From a virus, in the IMG/VR virus record IMGVR_UViG_3300042940_001100, positions 58,321-122,320 of that record: DNA of 64,000 bases. One strand, 5' to 3'. Positions within the stretch are counted from its first letter, which is position 1. Every line of letters begins with the position of its first letter. Under the pieces are notes generated by a model. That model was given only the letters and a program-made list of their open reading frames with translations, was not told the DNA's origin and did no database searches. Below, one piece after another: positions 1 to 11,700 of this stretch. A program made the position numbers and the translations under genes.

Positions 1-2748
1 CCGGATCTTAATTTTTACAGCAATGTAATGCAGGCCAAGCAAGGTAAGTATGATGATGCTAAAAATAAGATAAATGACTTATATGGTAGTTTGCTATATG
101 CAGACATGAGTAATCCTGAAAACATCAAAAGAAGAGATAACTATTTTAAAGTTATAGATCAAGATATTAAAAAAATATCTGGATTAGATTTATCCTTACA
201 ACAAAATGTAGATCAAGCATTTAATGTATTTAAAGGTTTCCATGATGACAAGTACATGCCTACTGATATGGCTTGGACTAGAAAATATAAAGCAGCTGTT
301 AATAAACATGAGATGTTAAAAAACTGCACTGATCCAAAGAAGTGTGGTGATATGGTAGCTTGGAATGAAGGATTACAAGAATTAGAATATAAAAGAGAAG
401 CTTTTGCTAAAGCTGGTTTAGAGGAAACTTTAAACATGGAAGCACCTAGTTATACCGGATACTTTAACTGGAAGCCTGGAGCAATGAAGTTTGCTAAGGA
501 CCAAGGTATGAGTATTACCAAAGATAGCAGTACAGGTAAGTTTATAGTAAGAAACAAAAATGGTGAACTTATAAAAAATGGTATGGAAACTCTTCTTACT
601 ACTGTGTATGGTGATGATCCTAGAATATCAGCTAATAACTATACTAAAGCTTTTGTAAATAGAAAAAATACTATTAAGTCTACTGCTGCTATGTATGGCA
701 GTGAAGAAGAAGCTGAAAAAATGTATATCCAGAACACCATGCATACTGGTATTAAAACATTATCTAGTAAAATAACAGATCTAAATAATGGCTTTGAGCA
801 GTTGGATGCTATACAGAAAAAGCTAGAGAAGCAAAAAAAGATTTCTAGTTTAACTAATGCTGAAGAAAGATACTATCAAGAAATAGTACAGCAAAAAGCA
901 AATGTAGAAAAAACTAAGAACTATTATGACTCACAAATAAGTGAGATTCAGAATAACATGACGGATGCAGATTTAGCAACTCTTAATAGAAAAGCTGATA
1001 TTGCACAAGCTTCTGTATACTTAGATAATGATATCAAAAATATGGCTGAAGTTTTATCACATACAGATGAAGAGATTAATACTATCCAAAAAGTAGATCC
1101 TGACTATGAACATAAATTAGCTAAAAATCTAGCTAAGTATGAGAATGACTTGGGTATGATCAGAGATGCTGTACAAAGTGAGCTTAAAAAAGATGAGCTT
1201 TATTATGGTTCTTTTTTCAAAGACAGAAAAAAGGGTAAAGATAAAACAACAGACTTTGGAAATGAAGATATTATACCAGTAGAAGCTGTACCAGGTGGTA
1301 ATAAAAACTTTAATGCAATAGACCAACCAGAAGAGTTTTTTACAAAATCAGCAGCTGATTTATATTCAAAAGCTAAATCAGCAGGATCAGAAGAAAGTAT
1401 ACAAGTATTGTGGGATGTATTTAATAACGCAAAAGAAGCTGCTGCTACAAAAGAGGGTGTAGGAGCAAAAAAATATCTTCAAAAGTTTTATGGTAATAAG
1501 TGGCAGAATACAATGTTTATGAACATTACCGGTTTTAAAGCATTACTAGAAGAAAATAAAAGAAGTTCTTTTAATATGATGCATGATACTGATGATTATA
1601 TTAAGGATAAGACTAATGATGTTAGAGGTTGGGGCGATGTAGCTAAAACAAAATATAATGCTGATATGGCTAAAGCTGATTTAAAAAAGTTTTCAGCTAA
1701 CAGTGAAATAGACTATTTTCAAAGTGGTGTAAAGAGTGTACTTAACAATATGAGTGCTACAAAAGAGTACAAGTATGCTAAGTATCTTCCTAACAAATAC
1801 GGTCAGATTAATCTTACAGATGACATACCTCAAGAGTTTACTAAAGCTTATCTTAATGATAACAACGATGCTGATGTTGATGATGTTTTAGATGCGTATG
1901 GAGCAACAAAGAAAGAGTTCTATAGACAATATGTATTAGCTGATAAAACTAGTATTGAACAAGGTAAAGGTTTAACTGGTTTAGGTATGAAAGGTGGTAA
2001 AGGTATAACAAAGACAGTTAATAGTAATGATCCTGAAGATGAGTTTAACAATGCTTTAATAAGTACTACTAATCAAGGTTTTGGAAATCCTGGTGCTGTT
2101 AAAATTATTATTGGTAATGCTGGTAAAGATAACTATGATATTAATAAAGAAAGTGATCCTAATGCTTCTGGTTTTATAGCAGACTTTGCATTAAAGATTA
2201 GAAGCAGAAGTACCCCTGATAAAAAGAAACCTTTATATAGAATGCTTGCTCAGGGTATAGCTGCTGATGATGATGTTAAAAGTTCTTTTACAATATACCC
2301 TACCAAAGAAGATGTAGATGAATATTTTGGTGATTCTAAAGAAGTTAAAGAAAGTGGTGTAAAAGAAAGGATCATGAGTGAAGGTATTAGTTATGTTTAT
2401 GACAATACAAAGATTGCTTCACCTATAAGTGAGTTTTTAAATGTATCTCCTATAGAGAAACAACTTTTAAGCAAAGGCTCTTATAGAATAAGTGAGTTTG
2501 TAGAAACAGCTGGTACAGTTAAATTATCTTATGATGGTAAAATAACAACTGTAACCTCTTTATATAAACTATTTGATAATTCAGAGCAAGGTTATTCACT
2601 AAAGGAGAAGATATATGTTGTTCCTAATATTAAAAAAGTTCAAGAAGTTGTTGATCAACAAATAATTGTATTAGAAGATTTACAACAATATAACCTTAAT
2701 AGACAACAAGAGATCCGATTAGCTAACAAATCTAAAACACAAAACTAA
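1..2748 (+). CDS. Large virion/ejected-type protein, probably 5'-truncated by the window
   Basis: 906-aa ORF from 28; the frame stays open back to base 1 (PDLNFYSNV-M), so the true start is probably outside the window. First of four tightly coupled giant ORFs beside the vRNAP. Confidence 0.7.
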   Translation, partial: PDLNFYSNVMQAKQGKYDDAKNKINDLYGSLLYADMSNPENIKRRDNYFKVIDQDIKKISGLDLSLQQNVDQAFNVFKGFHDDKYMPTDMAWTRKYKAAVNKHEMLKNCTDPKKCGDMVAWNEGLQELEYKREAFAKAGLEETLNMEAPSYTGYFNWKPGAMKFAKDQGMSITKDSSTGKFIVRNKNGELIKNGMETLLTTVYGDDPRISANNYTKAFVNRKNTIKSTAAMYGSEEEAEKMYIQNTMHTGIKTLSSKITDLNNGFEQLDAIQKKLEKQKKISSLTNAEERYYQEIVQQKANVEKTKNYYDSQISEIQNNMTDADLATLNRKADIAQASVYLDNDIKNMAEVLSHTDEEINTIQKVDPDYEHKLAKNLAKYENDLGMIRDAVQSELKKDELYYGSFFKDRKKGKDKTTDFGNEDIIPVEAVPGGNKNFNAIDQPEEFFTKSAADLYSKAKSAGSEESIQVLWDVFNNAKEAAATKEGVGAKKYLQKFYGNKWQNTMFMNITGFKALLEENKRSSFNMMHDTDDYIKDKTNDVRGWGDVAKTKYNADMAKADLKKFSANSEIDYFQSGVKSVLNNMSATKEYKYAKYLPNKYGQINLTDDIPQEFTKAYLNDNNDADVDDVLDAYGATKKEFYRQYVLADKTSIEQGKGLTGLGMKGGKGITKTVNSNDPEDEFNNALISTTNQGFGNPGAVKIIIGNAGKDNYDINKESDPNASGFIADFALKIRSRSTPDKKKPLYRMLAQGIAADDDVKSSFTIYPTKEDVDEYFGDSKEVKESGVKERIMSEGISYVYDNTKIASPISEFLNVSPIEKQLLSKGSYRISEFVETAGTVKLSYDGKITTVTSLYKLFDNSEQGYSLKEKIYVVPNIKKVQEVVDQQIIVLEDLQQYNLNRQQEIRLANKSKTQN

Positions 2749-5700
2749 TGGCTGAAGAACTTTCTAACCAAGAACAAGATGCAGCTAGTTCAGAAGAATA
2801 TAAAGTATCGGTTAAACCTCCTGATTATCAAGCTCTTACAGAAAATGCTAAAAACATAGTAGCTGATATAAAAGCCGGTATGAATTTACCAGCAAGACCT
2901 ACAGCTATTGATACTTATAGTAATGTAGCAGGTAATCCTATAACAGGAAGTAATCCTGGTAGTAAAAAGGCAACATCAGGTTTAGATTATATAAATGCTT
3001 TACATAGTACTGTTCAAGCTAAAGCTGCTGAATCTATAAGTCCTTTTGCAGAACTTAGACCATATACCTATAGTGGTGATATGGATGCTAGTAAGTTTGA
3101 AAGATATTATGCAACCGGTGACTTGTATAACAAGTTAGGTTTTTCTCCGTATAGAGATAATGAATCTTTATACAACAACAACATGACCTTTGGTGATCAG
3201 TTTACAAGAGCTGCTAAACAATGGGATAATCTAGTTGGTGTTGGTTTTATGTCAGGATTAAGATCTTGGAAGACAATGTTTACTGATCCATTAGCTCCAG
3301 ATATTGAAGGAGCTAGAGATATGGAAAGATATACTTCTATAGGATCTTCTTCTGCAGGTGGACTAGGTGGATTTTTTACAAATACATTTTTAAACTCTGC
3401 ATACACGGTTGGTGTTGGTGCAAACTTATTAGCTGAGAATCTAGCATTAATGGGTGTGGGTACTGCAGTAAAAGGTGTAACTACAGCACTTAGAGCTCCG
3501 GCAATGCTTGAAAAAGCTATGGGTGCTTTTAAAAGTGCTGATGTTGTAGCAGACTTTACAAAGATAAACCCAATGGATGGTGTTCGTGCTTTAGGAGAAA
3601 CTATTCCTGAAGCAAGATCTTTTTGGAACACTATAGGCAAAGGTGCTAAGAAAGTTGGTGTTGGTGCTTTAGATATTATCAATCCTTTAGATAATACAAT
3701 AGATGCTTTAAGAGCTAAAGATTATGCAACTAACTATGCTAAAGTAGCCGGAACATTTGGTGCTTTTGCTGATGATATGTTGATGATGAAAGCTGCTGTA
3801 TCTGAAGCTAAGCTAGAAGGTGGTATGTCTAAGATCAATATAACTAAAGATCTTATCGAAGACTACAGACAAAGAAATGGTAGAGATCCAGAAGGAGTAG
3901 ACTTAACAAACATAGAAAAGATAGCTGATGAGAAAGCACATACAGTTGCTTTCTGGAACATGCCGGCCATCATGACTAGTAACAAGTTATTATATGCTAC
4001 AATGTTAGCACCACTGCGTAAAGTGATGGGTAAGCAAGTAGCTGGTACAGTAGATGATTATATATTAAAAGATAAAACCTATTCTGTTTTAGGAGAAGAT
4101 TTTATATCAAGAGCAGGAGCTGCTGTTAAATCATTAGGTAAACCAAATACTTATGGTAAGTTTGGTATGAATTATTTGACAGCAAACTTTGCAGAAGGTA
4201 TTCAAGAAAATATACAAGAAGCTTTATCAGAGGGAGCATCTCAACATGCTTTAGAGTTATTTAGAGATCCTATCAAAGCTAACTATGAAGGTTATATGCC
4301 TTACTTCTTAAAAGGTATAAAGAGTCAATTCTCTGCTCAAGGTGCTGAAACATTTGCAGGAGGTTTCTTAATGGGAGCTTTTGCACAACCTATTATGGCA
4401 GCACCTTCTATAGGTATAAGCAAAATAATAGAAGCTGCTACAACTGATTCTGTTAGAGCTAAAGAACTAGAAGAAGAAAGAGCTAAACATAAAGCAGAAA
4501 CTGCAGAAACTCTTACTGAGTTTTATAATAATACTTTAAACTATTTAGCGCCTGACTTACCTAATGCTGTAAGAACAGGAAGACTTTCTGATGATATGTT
4601 TAGTGCTGCTAGAGTTGGAGACAAATTAGGAACCATATCTGCACAAGAAGCAATTAAGAATCATCATATTATTACAGCCGCCAGAACTGGTAAGCTTGAT
4701 GTTATGATTGATAGAGCTAAGGATTATAAAAATCTTACCAAAGAAGAAGCTGTTGAGGCTTTTGGTAAGTATGGTGTAGAAGCTCAGGATGTTGATAAAG
4801 CTATGGCTCACATAGATGGTATAGTAGAAAGAGCAAAAGAAATAAAAGATGATTTTGAAGATGTAGCAAATAGATATCCTAATCCTTTTAATCCTAGTAA
4901 TTTTAGAATAGGTAGTCCTGAGTTTATAGCAGCAGCTGTTGCTAAAACTTCTTGGGATGAAGCTGCCCATAATCTTATATTTGCAAAGGCTACATTCAAG
5001 TCACACAGTAAGCGTATAGCTGATATAGCTAATACTTTCTCAAAACTATCAAGCGCTTTAGCTAAGGGAGACGTAAACCTTCTTACTTCAATGCTAAGCT
5101 CAACAACAATGACCAATGAGATCAATATGTTGAGAAAAGAGATTGCTACTCTAGATGATAGTTTACCTGAACAATCTAAGATAAAAAAACAAAAGTTAAA
5201 ACATCTAGAAGGTATACAAGCTTTCTACAAAGCAATAGAGAACTATCAGTATGCTAAAACAGATGCTGAGAAAGCTATGGTAGAAAAAAGAGCTAAAGAT
5301 GCTTTTGCAAAACATCTTAAAAACATAGCTGATAAAAATGATGTACCTGTATTTGATGAAGAATTAGATGCAGCTTTCTCTTTAATAAGAGATCATATGT
5401 TATTAAAAGATCAGCAAACTGGATTGGTTAAGAACATTAATGTGTTAATGACACCTGATAGCTTTTTCCAATTCCAAAAAAGATTATACTCTACATACGC
5501 AGAGGGTGTGTACAACATACCGGATACTATAGGTCACAATCTTGACAGACATACTTTTACTAAAGATCTTAATGATATTATAAATGATATAAGAGGTTTA
5601 GGTTTTAATATACCACAAGATGTTATTGCATCTTACTCTGATGCTTACTTTGCAGGAGAAGAGTTATTACCTTTGGTTTTCTTATTAGATAGTAATGGTG

Positions 5701-8700
5701 TTAAGATAACATCTGGTCCAGCTTTTGAAAAAGCTAATGGTATATGGAATACTTTTATAGAGCTTACTTCTAAAAAACGTAAGACTATAGAAGCTATGGA
5801 ATATGATCAAGATAACTTCTTGACTTACCCTGAAGAGCTTAAGCAGATACTTACAGATGAATACAATGATCTTTCTGATGAAATAAAAGCTGCACAAAAT
5901 CTAGAAGACTGGGCTACTGGCGATGCTAATATTGGTATAAGAAAATTATTCTTTGAAGGCAGAGCTGCTGAAACACAAGGTATAGAAGAAAGATATAAGT
6001 CTATGACTATACCAGAACTTACAACAGCTTTAGAAGAACTTGCAGAACAAGCAAAAACTGATCCTAAGTTAGATGCTAAAGTAACTGTTTTACAAGACTA
6101 CATAGCCTACCGTGCAGTAGAAGCTGTTGATATGCCTGAGAAACAAAAGCAAGCATTGAGAAATATGAAAGCTCAAGCTGCTAATACTCAGAACAGAGAT
6201 AAGGATAATGAAAAGTATATTCTTAATGGTAAAAAACTAGATACCAGGGTAACAACAGTAGTACAAGAAATACTTGCTAAAAAATATGGTCTTAGTCCTT
6301 TTAATTTTCCTAACACCGGTTATGGTAAAGAAATTCTTAAGGATCAGAAAGACATGCTTGAGCAACTTATTGAAGAGAAACAAGATAAAAATATCATAGT
6401 TAATATATGGGCTGACACTGTAAGTAATACAAGAGCTTATAAAGATAGATGGGATGATAGTAAAACTGCTTTATTAAAAGAGACACTCAAAGAAAAGTTT
6501 ACATATGAGGACTTTGAAAAAGCTGTATCTTCTTTAGCATATCAAGAATCTAAAACTGGTGGAAACACTGTGGATGAGATAGCTAGAAACTTCTTAACAG
6601 GAACTCCTATATCTAAGCCAGGTAATATGACTCAAGAGGCTTTCAATAAGCTAAGAGGTATATTAAAAGATTTAATGAATACTATCAGAGAAAGAGGAGA
6701 AATCATCTTAGCTAAAGATCTTTTTCTTAAAGGTGAAGTTATCATTGATGGTGTAAAACAAACTATTGGTGGTGAGATGGACATGCTAGTTATAGACAAA
6801 GATGGTAATCTTAAAATCTATGACTTTAAAACCGGTAGAAACTATAAGTGGGAGATGTATGGTACAGAAGCTGATGAAAAAGGCACTGATACTAAAGACC
6901 CAACCTTATACAAAAAAGGATATGGTTTACAGCTCTCTTTATATAAAAGACTTATAGAAGAACAAACTGGTCTAACAGTTGATTCTAATAAACTTACCAT
7001 TGTACCTTTCATTATAAATGTGAGCAATAATGGTATGATCAATGACATTGAGCTCAGCAATGAAGATAAGAATATTATACACGAGTATAATCCTGTAGTA
7101 GAGGAATACATACCCGTAACTAAAACTGCAGCATACAGTCCTCAACCTTTTGTTCAAGCTATAGAAGTACTTAGTGATAAGAGTAAAACAGATCCAGAAT
7201 TTGAAACAATAGGTAAGTACAGCATATCAAAACCTAGTATTGATAAAGATGGTAAAGAAATAGTAACTGTAGAAAGTACAACACGCCCAGGTAAGGGCAT
7301 GACCTATATTGTAAACACAGATGAGAATGGTTCTGTAATATCTCTTACTCCTAAGAACAATCCTAAGCAACATATAGTTAATGAAAAACTACTAGTAGCT
7401 GTTGAGATAAAAAGAAATAAGTATGAGTACAACTCACCTACAATAAACAATATAGCAAAAGATGAAGAGAAATATAACAAAGTTAAAGAGCTTCTTCCTG
7501 CTGTAACCGTATTAGAAAATACTTTAAACCTTGGTCTTGATAACAGTATAACAAGTGCTTTAAATAATCTATATGCTAACAAGCCTTTAGATAGAGCTTC
7601 TTTAATAGCTATACAACTTTGGGCAAATGGTGCTGCAAAAAGATTAGATAGTTTTTTACAAAATGAGTATAAAGATAATGCTGAGTTTACAAAAGCTTGG
7701 GAAAACATGTATCTTATAAATGAACTTGTTGAAGAAAGACTAAACACTTTAGCAGAAGAAGAAGTAGAAGAAAAGCCAGTTATTGAAGAGCCTGCTGTAA
7801 AAAGACAACCTGGTAAATCAGTAGATCAGCTTTTAAGAGAAAGAGATAAAGAGCTAAAGTTTATACAAGAAAAGAGAAAAGAACTTGGTATTGAGTTTGA
7901 TCCTTTGGATGATGTTCCTATGTCTGTTGTTATTACTATGGACAGGTTTGATAATAATCTTCCAATAGATCCTGTTGCTTTATCAGAAACATCTGACTGG
8001 TTATATAACAAGTATAAAGAGATTGATGATATGCTTTTAGATCCTAAAAGGATGTTAACTCAAGCTCAGATAAAACAATACAAAAAAGCTTTAGAAAAAG
8101 ATATAACAGCATTAGAAAACTATAAACAAGAACAATATGGAGAAAAAATCATTCAGAATGAGACTGCTAGAAGCACAAGTACCACAACAGGAGAAACAAG
8201 AGGAACAGTCTCAAGAGACAAAACAGTTGTTGAGAAAACTAGTTTTGATGAGCCTATCAAAGGAAAAACTAAAAAGCATAGAGAAGCAAAAGTAAAAAAA
8301 GCTGTAGAAAAAGCTGCAAAAGAAAATGCTGTAGTTACAACAGAAACAGAAGAAGAGTTGTTTCCTAAAGTTTATACTGTTGAAACTATAAATGCTGAAC
8401 TAAACTTACAAAGTTTACAAGAAGCTAAGGCTCAAAAACTTGAGGTAGAATACAAAGGAAACAGGTATAAAATTAAGAGAGTTGGAAAAAAATCAGTAAC
8501 TTTATATGCTCCCAACAGAGATGATGTAAACATAAAAGAAGAAGACTTAGCTAAAGAACTAACAGTAGTTGAGCCGGGAGTAAAGAAAGCAACTGTAGAA
8601 GAAACTGAACAAGTAGTAAAGAATGAAGAACTGGTTAATACAACTGAAAGAGTTTTTGAAGAGATACCTACTGACAAGACTGCTATGGACAAAGCTGTAA

Positions 8701-8741
8701 ACAAAAGAAAAGATGATTTTTTAAATAACCTTTGTATATAA
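2748..8741 (+). CDS. Giant virion/ejected protein (1997 aa) with an internal PD-(D/E)XK nuclease domain
   Basis: Gly/Ala-rich N-half typical of ejection proteins; GEMDMLVIDKDGNLKIYDFKTG...YGLQLSLY (about 6770-6945) matches RecB/Cas4-like motifs II, III and QxxxY; start overlaps the previous stop (TAATG). Confidence 0.75.
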   Translation: MAEELSNQEQDAASSEEYKVSVKPPDYQALTENAKNIVADIKAGMNLPARPTAIDTYSNVAGNPITGSNPGSKKATSGLDYINALHSTVQAKAAESISPFAELRPYTYSGDMDASKFERYYATGDLYNKLGFSPYRDNESLYNNNMTFGDQFTRAAKQWDNLVGVGFMSGLRSWKTMFTDPLAPDIEGARDMERYTSIGSSSAGGLGGFFTNTFLNSAYTVGVGANLLAENLALMGVGTAVKGVTTALRAPAMLEKAMGAFKSADVVADFTKINPMDGVRALGETIPEARSFWNTIGKGAKKVGVGALDIINPLDNTIDALRAKDYATNYAKVAGTFGAFADDMLMMKAAVSEAKLEGGMSKINITKDLIEDYRQRNGRDPEGVDLTNIEKIADEKAHTVAFWNMPAIMTSNKLLYATMLAPLRKVMGKQVAGTVDDYILKDKTYSVLGEDFISRAGAAVKSLGKPNTYGKFGMNYLTANFAEGIQENIQEALSEGASQHALELFRDPIKANYEGYMPYFLKGIKSQFSAQGAETFAGGFLMGAFAQPIMAAPSIGISKIIEAATTDSVRAKELEEERAKHKAETAETLTEFYNNTLNYLAPDLPNAVRTGRLSDDMFSAARVGDKLGTISAQEAIKNHHIITAARTGKLDVMIDRAKDYKNLTKEEAVEAFGKYGVEAQDVDKAMAHIDGIVERAKEIKDDFEDVANRYPNPFNPSNFRIGSPEFIAAAVAKTSWDEAAHNLIFAKATFKSHSKRIADIANTFSKLSSALAKGDVNLLTSMLSSTTMTNEINMLRKEIATLDDSLPEQSKIKKQKLKHLEGIQAFYKAIENYQYAKTDAEKAMVEKRAKDAFAKHLKNIADKNDVPVFDEELDAAFSLIRDHMLLKDQQTGLVKNINVLMTPDSFFQFQKRLYSTYAEGVYNIPDTIGHNLDRHTFTKDLNDIINDIRGLGFNIPQDVIASYSDAYFAGEELLPLVFLLDSNGVKITSGPAFEKANGIWNTFIELTSKKRKTIEAMEYDQDNFLTYPEELKQILTDEYNDLSDEIKAAQNLEDWATGDANIGIRKLFFEGRAAETQGIEERYKSMTIPELTTALEELAEQAKTDPKLDAKVTVLQDYIAYRAVEAVDMPEKQKQALRNMKAQAANTQNRDKDNEKYILNGKKLDTRVTTVVQEILAKKYGLSPFNFPNTGYGKEILKDQKDMLEQLIEEKQDKNIIVNIWADTVSNTRAYKDRWDDSKTALLKETLKEKFTYEDFEKAVSSLAYQESKTGGNTVDEIARNFLTGTPISKPGNMTQEAFNKLRGILKDLMNTIRERGEIILAKDLFLKGEVIIDGVKQTIGGEMDMLVIDKDGNLKIYDFKTGRNYKWEMYGTEADEKGTDTKDPTLYKKGYGLQLSLYKRLIEEQTGLTVDSNKLTIVPFIINVSNNGMINDIELSNEDKNIIHEYNPVVEEYIPVTKTAAYSPQPFVQAIEVLSDKSKTDPEFETIGKYSISKPSIDKDGKEIVTVESTTRPGKGMTYIVNTDENGSVISLTPKNNPKQHIVNEKLLVAVEIKRNKYEYNSPTINNIAKDEEKYNKVKELLPAVTVLENTLNLGLDNSITSALNNLYANKPLDRASLIAIQLWANGAAKRLDSFLQNEYKDNAEFTKAWENMYLINELVEERLNTLAEEEVEEKPVIEEPAVKRQPGKSVDQLLRERDKELKFIQEKRKELGIEFDPLDDVPMSVVITMDRFDNNLPIDPVALSETSDWLYNKYKEIDDMLLDPKRMLTQAQIKQYKKALEKDITALENYKQEQYGEKIIQNETARSTSTTTGETRGTVSRDKTVVEKTSFDEPIKGKTKKHREAKVKKAVEKAAKENAVVTTETEEELFPKVYTVETINAELNLQSLQEAKAQKLEVEYKGNRYKIKRVGKKSVTLYAPNRDDVNIKEEDLAKELTVVEPGVKKATVEETEQVVKNEELVNTTERVFEEIPTDKTAMDKAVNKRKDDFLNNLCI

Positions 8742-8745
8742 TAAG

Positions 8746-11700
8746 ATGGTTTGTGATTTAAGTAAAAATAACCTAAAAGAAAAACTAGAAAGTTATGTTA
8801 ATGCTTTACTAGTAAAGAGCTACACTAATGACCCAACTTTTGATTACAAGAAAATAGTAGACACAATCTACAAAGATGTTCTTGGTAAAAGCAATGATGA
8901 GAATCTAGCTTTGGGTATGGCTTATCATGTACCACAGATGATATTTGATCTTGTTACTGATAACAAAAAACAACTAGGTCTTAAAAATCTAATAACTAAA
9001 GGTTATGATGTTGGTGTTTTGAGTGCTGAAATAGATAAGTTAGCTACTTCTATAGATAAGCTAGGAGCTGTTGCAATACTTTTAGGTAAACCAATAAAGA
9101 GTTTAGATGAGATTGAAACATTTGTAGCTAACCAACCTACTGATCAAGCAACTATGCTATTATCTGTACCAGGTACAAGTCTTACTGTAGATACTCTTGT
9201 GTTAGCTTCTAATGCCGGATTCTTTGCTACATCACAAAGTGGAGCTGAGATAGATAAAAAAACAAACTTGCCTTTTGCATCTAAGTCTAATGAAGATGCT
9301 GCTTTCTACCAAGGAGTATTATCCGGTATAATGGCTGCTAAGAGACCTGATGATAATGACTTTAGTAAAGTTACTTTTGGTAATCATACAGGTTTTGCAG
9401 GAAGACTGATGTTTGAAAGAAGCATTCCTGGTAAGATCCGCCTAGATAGAGAAAGTCAGTTAGCTTATGAGATACTATCATTTGTACTTACTGATAGCAA
9501 GACAGGAGAAATATTATATTTTAAACCTGATAATACTATAGGTGATATTGATAATGGTAGACCTATATACCTCTTGCTTAAAACAACAAACCCAAAAAAT
9601 AAAGATTTTGAAAAGCACAAAGCTGCTATAAAAGCAAGTATGATGTCTATGTTAGATAGAACTAACATGACAGCTGAGCAAATAGAAAATGCAAAAAAAG
9701 AAGCTGATAAAGTAATCAGTAACCAACTAGAACAAATAGAAGCAGCTAAAAGAAAAATAAGATTTGGTGAACCTGTTCCTGTAGATATAACAGGAGGCTT
9801 TAAAGGGGCAACCCAAAATGTAGATAACATTGTTGGAGAGGAAACTAGAAAAAAACTTACTTTTCCTTTATCTGAGTTTGATGTAAATGACAAAGCAAAA
9901 CAGTCTATAGTATTTACTGTAGAAAATGTTAGTGGTCAACCAGAGAATCTACCAGCTATACAGTTTCCTAATGTAGATAATCTTATTAGTTTAAAGAATC
10001 CAAATAAAATAGGAGAAAAAGCGGAAGATGCTGACATCTTAAATAACATAGTAGATATACTTACACAAGATCTTAAGGTTGGTGATAAAGCTGTACCTGA
10101 TATAGACAAGGTTGACAATGTTGGTCAATACATACAATTAAAAGCAAAAAACTATACAATAGGTACAACCCTTGTAAATGGTGACCAAAAGTTAGAAATT
10201 AACTTAGGTGGTAATGTTTTAGATCTGTCTGATAAAGAAGCAGCTAGAAGAGTATTAAAAGACTTCTTGGGTAAAAATGCTACTATACATTTTCACAAGA
10301 AGAGCTATGATAAAAATAGTTATACTGCTTTTAAACTAACACCAGACAATGGTGCTTTTAATGTTAGTAAGTCTGATGAAGATTATTACAAGTTTATAAG
10401 TCCTAGGTTGTATCCTAGACTTGTCCGTGATGAAAGAACCAAACTACCTATGGTACTTAATGGTTACTTTAGATTTCAGCCTGTAGTTACAGCAAAAGAA
10501 GTTGCTGACAAAGTAGAAGAAGTTACAAAAGAAGTTGTAAAAGAAGAAGTACCTGTAACTAAAAAACAAGCAGAGGAAGACTATGATGAGTTACTACGTT
10601 CTAGATTACTAGATAGCATAGTTACTCCTGAAGAAGATGCTGAAGCAAAAGCTTGGTGGGAAGAATCAGCTTTGTCTAAAGCTACTTATAAAGATGAGAA
10701 TGGTGTTGTAAAACCTCTTTTTACTCTAAACCCATTAAGAAATGCTGTAAACTCTGAAGCATGGGCTAGCTTCCGTGACTCTGTGATTACTTTATATGAG
10801 GGTGCAAATTACTCTCATGTGTATCATGAGGCTTGGCATGCTTTTAGCCAGACTTATCTTACTTATAGTGAGAGAACTAAGTTCTATAAAGCAGTATCTA
10901 AACTTCCAGGATCTTTTAAAGTAGCTAAAGCAACTGGTCAAGGTAATATTGAACTTGTTGATGTTGAGTTTAGTAAAGCTGAAAGAAAAGAGTTAGAAGA
11001 GTTTATAGCTGAAGAGTTTAGAACATATGCTTTGAACAAAGGCAAGTTTAAAACTGAGAATGAAAAGACTAATATCTTTAAGTGGATATTTGACAGAATA
11101 TGGAAAGCTTTAAAGGCTTTAGTTGGAGGTTCAACTGCTATAAACATTTACTCTAACCCTGGATCAGAAGGTGTATTAGGTGAGATCTTTAACACTTTGT
11201 ATACAGCAAAGTCTCAAGAACAACTCCTTCCTTATGCATCTAATATTAAAAATGGTGAGTTTGGTTTATTAAACTCTGGTGTTGTTAATAAAGAACATCC
11301 TGAAGATGTGCTATCTTTATCTGAAAGCTTACTTGTAAGTAAAACTATAGATGGTATTATATCTAAAGCAACTACTGAAAAAGTACAGTCTGGATCTCTC
11401 AGTGCTGCAAGCTTGATATTCAGAAGTCCAAAGGAACTAAAGAAAGTATATGAAAAAGCTTTAACTGAACTTAGTGATAAGAGAGAAGAGTTTTTAAAGC
11501 AATTAAAAGCTTTACCTGCAGACAAAGTTGTAGAAAAAGCTGTACTTGATAATAAAATATCTGTTCTTACCAGAGCAACAAAGCCTTACATGTATGGTAA
11601 CATAACTCAGATTTTAGAAGGTACAAATGTTACAGATTCTATCATTGCTTTCCATAGACAGAACAGTGAGTTCAAAGACATGTTTGTTAAGTTTAAAATA

